Assembly (NCBI GenBank): GCA_963662315.1
Contig: OY759353.1
Location: forward strand, 928,001-992,000
Length of the DNA stretch: 64,000 nucleotides
From: Geopsychrobacteraceae bacterium
GTDB taxonomy: Bacteria; Desulfobacterota; Desulfuromonadia; Desulfuromonadales; Geopsychrobacteraceae
Direction: 5' to 3'
Both the position numbers and the translations under genes were made by a program. The notes beneath the pieces are model-generated. The model was not told the DNA's origin. It did no database searches and was given only the letters and a program-made list of their open reading frames with translations. Positions 51,158 through 60,746 of this stretch are shown in pieces. Numbering within the stretch: position 1 is the stretch's first letter; each line of letters begins with the position of its first letter.

Positions 51158-53568
51158 CCAGAGAAGAATTCAGACACCGGGTCAGCCACCGGGTCCTGAT
51201 TCTGGACGGTGCCACCGGTACAGAACTGGCGAAACGTGGCATGCCCGCCGGGGTAAGTCCGGAAGCCTGGGTCCTGGATAACCCGCATATTATGCAGGAA
51301 ATCCAAAAGGCCTATATCGCGGCAGGAAGTAATGCAGTTTACAGCTGTACCTTCGGCGGTAACCGTTGCAAACTCACGGAATTCGGCCTGGAAGACCGTA
51401 CTACTGAAATCAATACCGAATTGGCCCGCATCTCACGCCAGGCTGTAGGTGATCAGGCCCTCGTCTTTGGAGACCTGGCACCGACCGGTATGTTTATCGA
51501 ACCCTTCGGTGATCTTCCCTTTGACCAAGCAGTTACTATTTACGCCGAACAGGTCCGTGCTCAGATTGCCGGTGGAGTTGACGGATTCGTCATCGAAACC
51601 ATGATGGATCTTCAGGAAGCGCGTGCCGCCCTGATCGCCGTGCGGGAAAACTGTGACCTGCCAGTCATGGTCAGTATGACCTTCAGTGGTGACGGTCGTA
51701 CCCTTAATGGCTCAGACCCGCTCTCAGCCCTGATTACGTTACAATCCCTTGGTGCCGATGCAGTGGGCTGTAACTGTTCTACCGGACCGCAGGACATGGC
51801 TAAAGTTATTGCGACTATGAAACCCTATGCCAAGGTACCACTGCTGGCAAAACCCAACGCCGGTATGCCCAGCCTCCGCAACGGGGCAACAGTTTTCGAT
51901 ATGGCCGCTGACGAGTTCGGTGCCCACATGCCTGCCCTGATCAAAGCCGGTGCGGCAATCCTGGGTGGTTGCTGTGGGACCGATCCCGATTATATCAGGG
52001 CCATCGCCAGCACAACCGCAGCCATATCTCCCGCCGCAATCAACCAACACGGCACGGCTGCCGTAGCCTCCTACCGTGACAGTGTTCTGTTCAGCAACTC
52101 GGGTGCCCTGACCATCTTCGGTGGCAAAATCAACCCCAGCGGACAACCTCAGCTGGCCGACAGCCTGCGCCAGGGGGACATGTCCCTGATCCGAAAACTG
52201 GCCCAACAGCAGGCGCGCCACGGGGCAGACATTATCGACATCAATGTTCATGCCCAAGAGATCGACGAAGCAGCAATTATGCGCGCAGCGGTGCTGATGG
52301 CTGTCAAAGCTGCGGGCAAACCAGTCGCCATCGATACCATTAACAGTGCCGCAGCAGAACAAGCCCTGCGGGTCTATCCCGGTCGGGCGATACTTAATAG
52401 TGTCAGCGCCTGCCCAGAAGCGATGGAAGAGATGTGCCGGATCGCCGCTCGTTACGGTGCCATGATCGTCTGTATGCCTTACGATGAAATGGGAACCAGC
52501 GGTGGTACCACAGAAGCTATTTCCCGTATTGAAAAAATCCTGGCCTGTGCCAGCCATTATGGAATAGTTGCAGAGGATTGCCTCATCGATTGTTTGGTTT
52601 ATACCGCTGCCGCCGGCCCTGCTGCCCACCGACGCACTCTTGAACTGATCGACTGGTGCAGACACAACAATCGTTTTCATTCCCTGGCGGGAATTTCCAA
52701 TCTCAGTTACGGATTAACCACTCGACACTGGTTTGACAGCCTGCTGCTATCCATGGCCACCGGACGGGGACTGACCGCTGCCTTTGTCGATACCGATTGC
52801 GAACATACTCTCAATACATCCTATGCGGTCGCTGCAGTTGCCGCCCGCGACCCGCGTATGGGACGCTACCTCAAACGTTTTAGCCAGCAAAGCAAAGATA
52901 CCGAACCGAACAGCAAACCACGTACCCCTGGCGAACGGGTTTACGACGCGGTTGTCAACGGCGACGAGGAAGGAATTAAGCAGTTTATCCACCAGGCTCT
53001 CGACCATGGAGAGACACCGCGGAACTTGGTCGATAATCGCCTCATCAAAGCCATCAACCTGGTCGGTGACAAGTTTGACCGTAAGGAATATTTCCTGCCA
53101 CAACTGGTTACCTGCGCCGATACCATGCGAACAGGCTTCAAAGTGTTACAGCCATTGCTTGATGCCGCTACCAGCAGTGAAGCAGGCCAGCACGGCCCGA
53201 AGGTCATTCTGGCTACAGTGCAGGGAGATATTCATGATATCGGTAAAAACATCGTTGCCCTGATGCTCAACAATTACAACTTTGAGGTCATCGATCTTGG
53301 CAAGGATGTTGCTGCCGAAGACATCATCCGCGCTGCCCGCCATTATGATGCCGATATCGTCGCCCTGTCGGCCCTGATGACCACTACCATGGTCGAAATG
53401 AAGAAAGTTATTGATCTAGCCCATGCAGAAGGGCTTACCGGAATCCGGTTTATGGTTGGGGGTGCTGTTGTCGATCAGCACTATGCCGATGAAATCGGTG
53501 CCAGCGGCTATGCCAGTGACGCCATCGGAGCAGTACGGCTGGCGCAGCGGCTCAGTGGAAAAACGTAG
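51154..53568 (+). CDS. metH: MetH paralog B: homocysteine, pterin-like, cap and cobalamin-binding domains
   Basis: LDGATGT, GCNCS, GGCCGT, FLPQL, GDIHDIGKN, LSALMTTT, VGGA; pterin domain has GGKINP for GERINP. Confidence 0.88.
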   Translation: MTREEFRHRVSHRVLILDGATGTELAKRGMPAGVSPEAWVLDNPHIMQEIQKAYIAAGSNAVYSCTFGGNRCKLTEFGLEDRTTEINTELARISRQAVGDQALVFGDLAPTGMFIEPFGDLPFDQAVTIYAEQVRAQIAGGVDGFVIETMMDLQEARAALIAVRENCDLPVMVSMTFSGDGRTLNGSDPLSALITLQSLGADAVGCNCSTGPQDMAKVIATMKPYAKVPLLAKPNAGMPSLRNGATVFDMAADEFGAHMPALIKAGAAILGGCCGTDPDYIRAIASTTAAISPAAINQHGTAAVASYRDSVLFSNSGALTIFGGKINPSGQPQLADSLRQGDMSLIRKLAQQQARHGADIIDINVHAQEIDEAAIMRAAVLMAVKAAGKPVAIDTINSAAAEQALRVYPGRAILNSVSACPEAMEEMCRIAARYGAMIVCMPYDEMGTSGGTTEAISRIEKILACASHYGIVAEDCLIDCLVYTAAAGPAAHRRTLELIDWCRHNNRFHSLAGISNLSYGLTTRHWFDSLLLSMATGRGLTAAFVDTDCEHTLNTSYAVAAVAARDPRMGRYLKRFSQQSKDTEPNSKPRTPGERVYDAVVNGDEEGIKQFIHQALDHGETPRNLVDNRLIKAINLVGDKFDRKEYFLPQLVTCADTMRTGFKVLQPLLDAATSSEAGQHGPKVILATVQGDIHDIGKNIVALMLNNYNFEVIDLGKDVAAEDIIRAARHYDADIVALSALMTTTMVEMKKVIDLAHAEGLTGIRFMVGGAVVDQHYADEIGASGYASDAIGAVRLAQRLSGKT

Positions 53569-53608
53569 TCATCATCCTTCTTCTAAACCAATGGAAAGGA
53601 TAATTATC

Positions 53609-53938
53609 ATGAACCATTATCTTAAAAACAAAGCCATCTTCAATGATCTGGTCAGACAACTCAGGCAAAAACAACCCGCCGACCCAGATGCTATCAGACA
53701 GGAATGCCTGTCGGTTATTTGCGCCTGTTTCCAATCCAATATAGAACCCTTTCAGTTACCGGTCAGCAGCTACCTGACGGGCAATCTCAGCACAGAGCAA
53801 AAGAACGACTTTTATCAACGCTATATAATTCTGCATTTGAACCACTATAGCCGTGAACTCATCACAGCAGAAATATTGACCAGTCAGCCAACCTGGTCTT
53901 CCCTGATTAAGCATATTGAAGACCTTACCTGCACCTGA
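53609..53938 (+). CDS. Hypothetical protein (109 aa)
   Basis: AAGGA RBS before ATG 53609; 40 nt after metH; no recognised motif. Confidence 0.55.
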   Translation: MNHYLKNKAIFNDLVRQLRQKQPADPDAIRQECLSVICACFQSNIEPFQLPVSSYLTGNLSTEQKNDFYQRYIILHLNHYSRELITAEILTSQPTWSSLIKHIEDLTCT

Positions 53939-54405
53939 TGATCTTCCTCGTACTCGCTTCAGAACTGAACAGGTTTCCCCAACTAAGAAGCAAACCCGGA
54001 AATTCATTCATATGACAAGAGATACTTTATGAAATAATTACACTGAATCTGCTCCTGATTGCCCTGACCTGCTCCCGTTCTGGGTTGACATTAATATGGC
54101 CTTAACCAAACGGCTTGACAATGTCGAAAAAGCAAATCTTATGGCTATTGCTACCCTCAGTGTCGTTGCAAGCATGGCTGACTTCAATCTGATCGACAGT
54201 TATGCCTTCGAAGTGGCTGAGAAAGGCACCTTCGTTGTGCTTGTTTTTCAGAGTTCAGATGAAGCTGCGGGACTGGGATAGCTGCTTCCCCTCGGTTCTG
54301 ACTCACTTAAAATTCATCAAGGTGCCATCTTAAAAAGTTCTTTTATTCCACGCTGAATCAGTGTTTTTATCCCACAATCAATATCCGCGTCTTTTCCCCG
54401 AGAGT

Positions 54406-54428
54406 ATTTTGTTATATTATAACATTTC
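54406..54428 (+). promoter_or_regulatory. Zur-type operator
   Basis: ATTTTGTTATATTATAACATTTC has a perfect TGTTATA-n-TATAACA core, 22 nt upstream of the COG0523 start. Confidence 0.8.
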
Positions 54429-54450
54429 AAAACCTTTCAAGGAGACCAAC

Positions 54451-55821
54451 ATGCCCCCCCATTCCCCTATAGTAAAGCCCCTGATAGCAAAGATTCCCGT
54501 AACCATTTTAACCGGCTTTCTTGGCTCCGGAAAAACGACTCTACTCAACCGTATACTGCAGGAAAACCATGGTAAGCGCATCGCCGTAATTGAAAATGAG
54601 TTTGGTGAAGTCGGCGTCGATAATGATCTTGTCATTGGAGCCGATGAAGAAATTTTTGAAATGAACAATGGCTGCATCTGCTGTACTGTGCGGGGAGATT
54701 TAATACGTATTCTGAACAACCTGATTGAACGCCGTGAACAGTTTGACTACTTGGTCATTGAAACTACGGGGCTTGCTGATCCCGGCCCTGTGGTACAAAC
54801 CTTTATTCTTGAAGAAAGTCTGCGCGATTCATTTAGCGTTGATGCCGTAGTCACGGTCGTGGATGCAATGTTTATTGAAGAACATATCGACGATGACGAC
54901 AAAGCTAAAGAGCAAATCGCCTTTGCCGACGTTATTCTCCTCAATAAGATCGACCTGGTTGAGGAGGCTGCCGCAAATCACCTGGAAGAATGGATTCAGC
55001 GGCTTAATGCAATAGCACCTGTTCACCGTACGGTGAATGCCACTATTGACATGGACAAAATCCTGAATCAGGGCGGCTTTAACGTAGAAAAAGCACTCGC
55101 TTTTGATCCTGAATTTCTCGAACCTGACCATTCTTTTGATTGGATTGGGCTGTACCACTTTGCTGCAGGGTATCACCAATGGCTCTTTCATCCCGGCCCC
55201 GAAAAGTTCCTTAATGTCGCTCTGGTGCCGGTATTTGGCAACCATACAGAAGTCCCCGAGTCGGTCATAAAAACTGCAGATAGTGTTTTTACTGAGGCAG
55301 AAGATCTGCTTCATCCCAACGAAAAGATCGAACCCGGCTTAACCCTGAATCGCCTGATGCTGGAGGACAAAGCAACAGCCTTTCAGCTCCATATCCGGAA
55401 ACCCGGTCTCTATGCATTGGTCAGTGAAAGCCTTCCAAAGAAGTATTCTGCCGCTATCACTTATGAAGAGAGATTTATAGAACCTGTTTCCATACGTGAA
55501 TTTATCCATCACCACCATCATCATAATCACGAGATCACTTCTGTAGGAATCAGTATCCCGGGAGATCTTAAGCTCGAAGTTCTCGAAACCTGGATACAGA
55601 TACTGCTCACTGCCCAGGGGCGGGATATCCTTCGTATGAAAGGGGTATTAAGCATCAAAGATCGCCCAGAACGTTTTATTTTTCAGGGAATTCATCGTCT
55701 GGTCGATGGAGACTTTGGCCGTCCCTGGGGAGATGAGGAACGGGTTAATAATCTGGTCTTTATCGGTCGCAATCTTGATCGTGACTTTCTGAATAAGGGA
55801 TTTAAAGCCTGTCTGATTTAA
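54451..55821 (+). CDS. COG0523/CobW-family GTPase metallochaperone
   Basis: [36 protein letters not shown], CobW_C (LRMKG, LVFIGR). Confidence 0.93.
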   Translation: MPPHSPIVKPLIAKIPVTILTGFLGSGKTTLLNRILQENHGKRIAVIENEFGEVGVDNDLVIGADEEIFEMNNGCICCTVRGDLIRILNNLIERREQFDYLVIETTGLADPGPVVQTFILEESLRDSFSVDAVVTVVDAMFIEEHIDDDDKAKEQIAFADVILLNKIDLVEEAAANHLEEWIQRLNAIAPVHRTVNATIDMDKILNQGGFNVEKALAFDPEFLEPDHSFDWIGLYHFAAGYHQWLFHPGPEKFLNVALVPVFGNHTEVPESVIKTADSVFTEAEDLLHPNEKIEPGLTLNRLMLEDKATAFQLHIRKPGLYALVSESLPKKYSAAITYEERFIEPVSIREFIHHHHHHNHEITSVGISIPGDLKLEVLETWIQILLTAQGRDILRMKGVLSIKDRPERFIFQGIHRLVDGDFGRPWGDEERVNNLVFIGRNLDRDFLNKGFKACLI

Positions 55822-55852
55822 ATTGTAGAATTTGCCAGGTCAATTTTACTTT

Positions 55853-55894
55853 AACGAGTAGCTGCGTCATCAAGTAACGAAGCAGCTACTCGTT
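55853..55894. terminator. Hairpin between convergent operons
   Basis: AACGAGTAGCTGC / GCAGCTACTCGTT 13-bp stem. Confidence 0.6.
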
Positions 55895-55933
55895 TGACTT
55901 TTCGATCTCCTGATCGTCTCAGTCTAAAGCATA

Positions 55934-56863
55934 TTACAACGGAAATTCCGTGCAATCATGGCCACTAAAACCGCACCCTTCAAGGGTTTCTTCCTGTAAA
56001 GACGAGGATTGTGATTGCTGTTGCCAGGGGAACTGCGTTATTTGACGATCAGCGACAACCTTTTGAGTAACGACCAAGGGAACCGAGCGAGCACCTAAAG
56101 AAGCAACGATCATCTTATTTTTTGCCAGAGAAAAACGCTCCCTCCAGGTCAGGTCATGGACCTCTTCTAAACTCTTATTAAACAGAGCTCTGATATCATC
56201 TGCCTCAAGGTCTCCGTTTCCCATAACCTTAGCCAGACGTTCTTCATCTTCATGATTCTTAGCCACAGGAATCAGAGTAATTCGCTCCAGGTCGCTATAG
56301 CGATCAAGAAGATCATTAACAACGGTTTGGCAGGTCGGACACGTCGGAGAGAAAAACACTTGCAATTCTGAGCCAGTTCCACCAGATAAGCTGACGGGAG
56401 TTAACAGACTATCTTTAGCAAACAGGACACAAACAACCACCAGCATCGCTGCCCAGACTTTCATAGCACGCGCTAACATGACAGAATCATGTTCTTTACT
56501 CTTGGCAAAGGGGACAACTGAAAGACCAAAGAACAAAGCAACTATCAGGCAGACAGTGCAGCGCCAGTAGAGAATCTGATAACCGAGTAAGCCAGCATCA
56601 AAAACGATCCCCCCAAAAACAATGAGCGACCAGAAAGGGATCAACTCGCGGTTAAAATAACGCCCTAAGTGCAAAAGAAAGAGCAGAATAAAACCCAGGC
56701 CACCGATAACATCGACAGGAATACCACCAATCTCGTATCCCTGATAAAGCTGGCAACTGGAAGAGACGCATGGCAGCGCCACACCACCGGCCTGTAAAAA
56801 ACAGAGAGTTGCCCCAACAACAGCCATAAAGGCCCCACACTGATGAGATTTGAGTAAGTGCAT
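55934..56863 (-). CDS. VKOR-like membrane domain fused to a thioredoxin-like CxxC domain
   Basis: CVSSSC loop, several TM helices, membrane CTVC, then FFSPTCPTC and SVPLVV. Start may be 56914. Confidence 0.6.
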   Translation of the reverse strand: MHLLKSHQCGAFMAVVGATLCFLQAGGVALPCVSSSCQLYQGYEIGGIPVDVIGGLGFILLFLLHLGRYFNRELIPFWSLIVFGGIVFDAGLLGYQILYWRCTVCLIVALFFGLSVVPFAKSKEHDSVMLARAMKVWAAMLVVVCVLFAKDSLLTPVSLSGGTGSELQVFFSPTCPTCQTVVNDLLDRYSDLERITLIPVAKNHEDEERLAKVMGNGDLEADDIRALFNKSLEEVHDLTWRERFSLAKNKMIVASLGARSVPLVVTQKVVADRQITQFPWQQQSQSSSLQEETLEGCGFSGHDCTEFPL

Positions 56864-56966
56864 CAACTCTTTTTCACCCCCCTTCAAAAATATGCTCCAT
56901 TTTTTCGCAATCATTCCCCAGCGCCAGGGGATATAAAGAGACCCGCCACAGCAGGTCTCCTGCCAA

Positions 56967-58445
56967 TCAAATAGCTTTTAAAAAGCGGATAACCGCTTTA
57001 CGATCCTTAGCCTCCAGATTACGGAACGACTCACGCGCAGACTCTCCTTCACCGAAGTGCCACAAAATGGCCTCCTCAAAGTTTCGAGCCCGTAAATCAT
57101 GCATCATATCGTGATGATCGACGGCATTTTTCATCAAACCACGTGCCCACAGGGGAGATGTCTTAAAATGTCTTGACAAACCACGGTTTTCTTCACCCAT
57201 GTCATGCATCAACAGATCGGTATAAGGCCAGATTTTCTGATTGGAATAAGCGGGGATATATTTGTCCTCACCGGTTTTCCAGCTTGGCTTATGACACTCG
57301 GTGCAGCCAATTTCGACAAACAGCTCTTTACCCTGCTGAACCTCTGGGTGGTTAAGCTCACGAGCCGCAGGAACCCCAAGCCCACGGTGCCAGATCATCA
57401 GGTTATCGGTGCCTTCAGCAGTCCGTTCAATAGGTTGAGGAGCTGCCAACGCGGCGACATCCAGACCGATTTCCGCCATTTTATCCTTCCATTGCTGAGT
57501 CGCAAACAGAGCCGGGCGATCTTCTCGGGTCAGGTTAAAGACACTCCAGGAACCATTGTACCCTGGGCCGTTTTGCAGTGTGGCGCGGGTATTATGCCAG
57601 GTAAAGCGCCCAAGGTGCTTTTTACCATCTTGCTTTTCCTCAACCCAACGGCCAAGACGCCCCTTTATCAGTCCAGAGCTTTGCTGTTGACGTTCATACT
57701 CGGCAACGATGGCCTCATCCGGTATAGAATCGATCAGCCCGGTGCCAAAGAGTCCAATGGTCCCTTCAATACTGACCCGGTAATCCTCTGGTAAAGGTAA
57801 TATCGGATCAACAATATCAGCCGTGGGATAGATCAGTGTTCCCTCGTACTCGTTACCACTATTATAAGAAGTACCGTCTGGGTACATGTTTTCAAACTTA
57901 TCGACATAGTCATGCCATTCAATCTTGACATCCTTTGCCAGCGGCTGATAGGGAGGCGTTGCCATGACCTGCAGCATAAACAGGTAGCCGTCGACTATTT
58001 TTCCTTCAGGAGTATGGACAAAAGCCAGATAGCCATTGGCGTATTCCTTTTTAAAATCACTGTTGCGTTTGGAACGTCCATAGTTCGGGTGACAATTAAG
58101 GCAGGAGGTATTGTTATAAATCGGACCCAGCCCACCAAAAGGGGCTTCAGAATCCGTGACAAAATCAGCTTCAAAGAGTGCTTCCCCCTCGTTGAACTTG
58201 CGCAGCAGCTCAGGGTCAGCTTCTATGGCCGGTGAAGGAAATTCCAGGCAACGTGTCGACGTAGTAAATACGGTACCGGTTTTCCCCCCGCTGTAATACT
58301 CTTCAGCCAGCCCTTGCGGGGTAAACCCGGCCGAGCTATGGGCAGACAAATCGGTATAATAGCCAGCCGTGACCAGTAACAGGGTCAGGCCCGCGATCAG
58401 GCAGTAGTGCAGGTTATATTTTTTCAGGTGCTTGCTACGCAACAT
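56967..58445 (-). CDS. Di-haem oxidoreductase (DHOR) family exported cytochrome c
   Basis: GLGPIYN..SCLNCH, CTECH, YTDLLMHDMG, TSPLW, HDLRARNFEEAILWH. RBS AAGGAG before ATG 58445. Confidence 0.88.
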   Translation of the reverse strand: MLRSKHLKKYNLHYCLIAGLTLLLVTAGYYTDLSAHSSAGFTPQGLAEEYYSGGKTGTVFTTSTRCLEFPSPAIEADPELLRKFNEGEALFEADFVTDSEAPFGGLGPIYNNTSCLNCHPNYGRSKRNSDFKKEYANGYLAFVHTPEGKIVDGYLFMLQVMATPPYQPLAKDVKIEWHDYVDKFENMYPDGTSYNSGNEYEGTLIYPTADIVDPILPLPEDYRVSIEGTIGLFGTGLIDSIPDEAIVAEYERQQQSSGLIKGRLGRWVEEKQDGKKHLGRFTWHNTRATLQNGPGYNGSWSVFNLTREDRPALFATQQWKDKMAEIGLDVAALAAPQPIERTAEGTDNLMIWHRGLGVPAARELNHPEVQQGKELFVEIGCTECHKPSWKTGEDKYIPAYSNQKIWPYTDLLMHDMGEENRGLSRHFKTSPLWARGLMKNAVDHHDMMHDLRARNFEEAILWHFGEGESARESFRNLEAKDRKAVIRFLKAI

Positions 58446-58517
58446 AAAGATGTCTCCTTTGCGTTTTGCTGAATTGCCATACATGAATTCGATAATCCGC
58501 CACAAACAGCCGTGCAC

Positions 58518-59684
58518 TCACAGTCCATAAGCAGCATAAGGGCGGGTCGCAGGATCGAGGCATACCGGTAGTATAGCGGCGTTGACCTTCTCGAGCAGAG
58601 CATTGCATGAAGTCTGCGCTTTTCGTAATGCCAAATCACGCCTTCCGGCAGCAACCGCACCGACGTCTTCAAGGTGTTTCTCAGCCTGCACGAAGGAGAT
58701 GTCAATCTGCTTCTTCAACAACTCGTCATGGGCTTCAACCAAATCGGCAACAGCGGCTCTCCGTTCTCCTTTTTCGCCGCCGAAAAAGGCATTTTCGGCC
58801 CCTTTGAGGGCATAACGCAGGTCATCAAAACGATTGTTGCTAAACCAGGTTTCCCCTGCAAAAAAGTCTTCGGAACCCAGGTCATCAGGGATTACGTCGC
58901 AGACATCACCGATGGCAGTGGTAATCTCGCCCAAGATATCCTGCAGAACCACAGAAGAGGAAAAATAGCGGCTCTGGGCTGTTCCCGGCTGGGTAAATTC
59001 AGTCACAAACCCTGCACGTATCTCAACCTGAACGCTTTTCACCAGTTGCTGCTGTGTAGCATTGAGGCTGTCGGTGCCGAACCAGGCGGCAATAAAATCG
59101 AGGGTTTCAGCCTCAAGCAAACGTGAGGTCAGTTCCAGATAAGTCAGCTCAGCAGCCGAAACCGCCTCGGCAGACCGCGGCTTTCCCTCCCTGAACAGGA
59201 GATATTCGATAGCCAGTAGTCCCCGCTGAGTGCCACGGGTATCACGCCTGAAAGCAGACAAATCCAGAGCAAAACGCTCCGCAGCCATCTCCCCAACAAC
59301 ATAATCGATCATCGGCCGATCAACAGGAAAAGTCGCAATCTGGCGATTGAAATCGTAATAGACGCCCGGGCCGTAAAAAAAGGAGCGCACTTTCTGCCAT
59401 TGATTCCGGGCAGTCCTCCAGGCCCCCGCAGTTTGCTCAAGATTCGCATCACTAGGTTTCTTTTGCAGCTTCACAACGTTTTCATGTAGCTGACCGACAT
59501 CAGCAGCAAAGGTAGTTAAAGTTGCCTTAACCACATTTTCAGCATAATCATTCAAGGTACTGGAAACCTTTTTTTCCATAAAATAAGTGTTCAGCGCCGA
59601 ACTCTTGCTCAACAACATACCGCCAATAACAATTGCCACCAGAACCACAGCTCCAGTCAGCCACCATTTCTTCTTCTGTTTCAT
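58518..59684 (-). CDS. Imelysin (peptidase M75/IrpA-like) family protein
   Basis: N-terminal anchor, AW..AR..WQ...F.YGP, RGLLAIEYLLF, ETWFSNN. RBS GGAGGA. Confidence 0.8.
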   Translation of the reverse strand: MKQKKKWWLTGAVVLVAIVIGGMLLSKSSALNTYFMEKKVSSTLNDYAENVVKATLTTFAADVGQLHENVVKLQKKPSDANLEQTAGAWRTARNQWQKVRSFFYGPGVYYDFNRQIATFPVDRPMIDYVVGEMAAERFALDLSAFRRDTRGTQRGLLAIEYLLFREGKPRSAEAVSAAELTYLELTSRLLEAETLDFIAAWFGTDSLNATQQQLVKSVQVEIRAGFVTEFTQPGTAQSRYFSSSVVLQDILGEITTAIGDVCDVIPDDLGSEDFFAGETWFSNNRFDDLRYALKGAENAFFGGEKGERRAAVADLVEAHDELLKKQIDISFVQAEKHLEDVGAVAAGRRDLALRKAQTSCNALLEKVNAAILPVCLDPATRPYAAYGL

Positions 59685-59759
59685 TTTTCTCCTCCACATT
59701 GCTGTTCCATTCAGGGATTAATAATTTAGAGTTGGTACTCAAGCGTGCCATTAAACTGC

Positions 59760-60299
59760 TTATTTACTTTTCAATTGTTCAATCAGTCGGTCCAGACGCT
59801 CAACCACCTGACTGTAATCCCCTCCGAATGTCAGCAACTCACGTACTGCTGATAGCTCATCCGCATAACATGCATCAACACCAGCCTGGCGCTGACGAAT
59901 TTGCTCAAAACATTTATTCAGTGACTCCGCCAGATGACCAAAGTAATCGCTGCGCCGGAAGCGCACCTGTTTTTCCGGTAGTTTCCCTTCAGCAGCATCA
60001 TCCAATAACCACTTCAGTTTTTTCATCATTCCCGCCAGTTCCCGGCTGCGGCGAAAACTGAAAAAGGGTACGGCGATAGCAACAAAAACCACGACACCAG
60101 CCAGTAACACAGGAGCAACATGATCATGGTTGTAGGCCATAGAGCCATCCCACTCCATCAGGTAAAACCAGGTCAGCAAGGCTGCCACACCTAGCGCAAT
60201 CAGCATATTGGATATAATCACCATCACCGCCTGGCGGATCTGATATCTGCCATCAACCACCAGTGCCCGTTTAAATATTCTTCCCACAGAAACCTCCAC
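59760..60299 (-). CDS. Two-TM membrane protein with HAMP-like C-terminus
   Basis: Two hydrophobic segments, then SRELAG..KL...L...AEG....VRFRRSDYF..LAESLN and a coiled coil. Confidence 0.6.
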   Translation of the reverse strand: MEVSVGRIFKRALVVDGRYQIRQAVMVIISNMLIALGVAALLTWFYLMEWDGSMAYNHDHVAPVLLAGVVVFVAIAVPFFSFRRSRELAGMMKKLKWLLDDAAEGKLPEKQVRFRRSDYFGHLAESLNKCFEQIRQRQAGVDACYADELSAVRELLTFGGDYSQVVERLDRLIEQLKSK

Positions 60300-60328
60300 T
60301 AACGTTCTGTTTTACTTTTCATCTTTCG

Positions 60329-60712
60329 TTAAGGACCACTCTTTACCAGGTCGTCATCGGTATTCAGTTCCGTATCCGGTCCGGCACTTCGAAGCTGATA
60401 CTTACGCAGATTGGCTGTTACCGTATAGACATAGGCTTCCCCCCACTGATCAACCAATAGCGACTTGACATTGTTCTCTTTAAACGAACGCTCCATCCAT
60501 GCTTCAAAATCTTTCTCTTTAGGCAGCCTGCGGTCCATGACATAAGTCGCATCCAGCATCACGGACATGGAATGCAGGTCCCCAGCTGTGCAAACCATCT
60601 GGGCCGATTCAACACTGTCATCAAACAGGGCCTGGAGCTTTTCCGGAACATCCGCGTAGTAGACGGAAGCAGACCCGATCATAGCCAGTAGCGCCATAAG
60701 CACCTGGTTCAT
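60329..60712 (-). CDS. GspG-like (T2SS pseudopilin head) protein
   Basis: DQWGEAYVY..LRSAGPD...NTDDD C-terminus; no G|FTLIE prepilin motif. TTG 60718 is an alternative start. Confidence 0.7.
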   Translation of the reverse strand: MNQVLMALLAMIGSASVYYADVPEKLQALFDDSVESAQMVCTAGDLHSMSVMLDATYVMDRRLPKEKDFEAWMERSFKENNVKSLLVDQWGEAYVYTVTANLRKYQLRSAGPDTELNTDDDLVKSGP

Positions 60713-60746
60713 AGCCAACGCCTCTGTTGCATAGAGTTAGAAAACA

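Noticed and set aside
51739..52680. 313-aa antisense ORF
   Set aside because: Shadow of metH, like most other nested ORFs in the track.
54096..54330. 61-aa plus ORF, or an interrupted minus-strand frame (..HNEGAFLSHFEGITVDQIEVSH..)
   Set aside because: May be a gene remnant, but I cannot assign a family or strand without a search.
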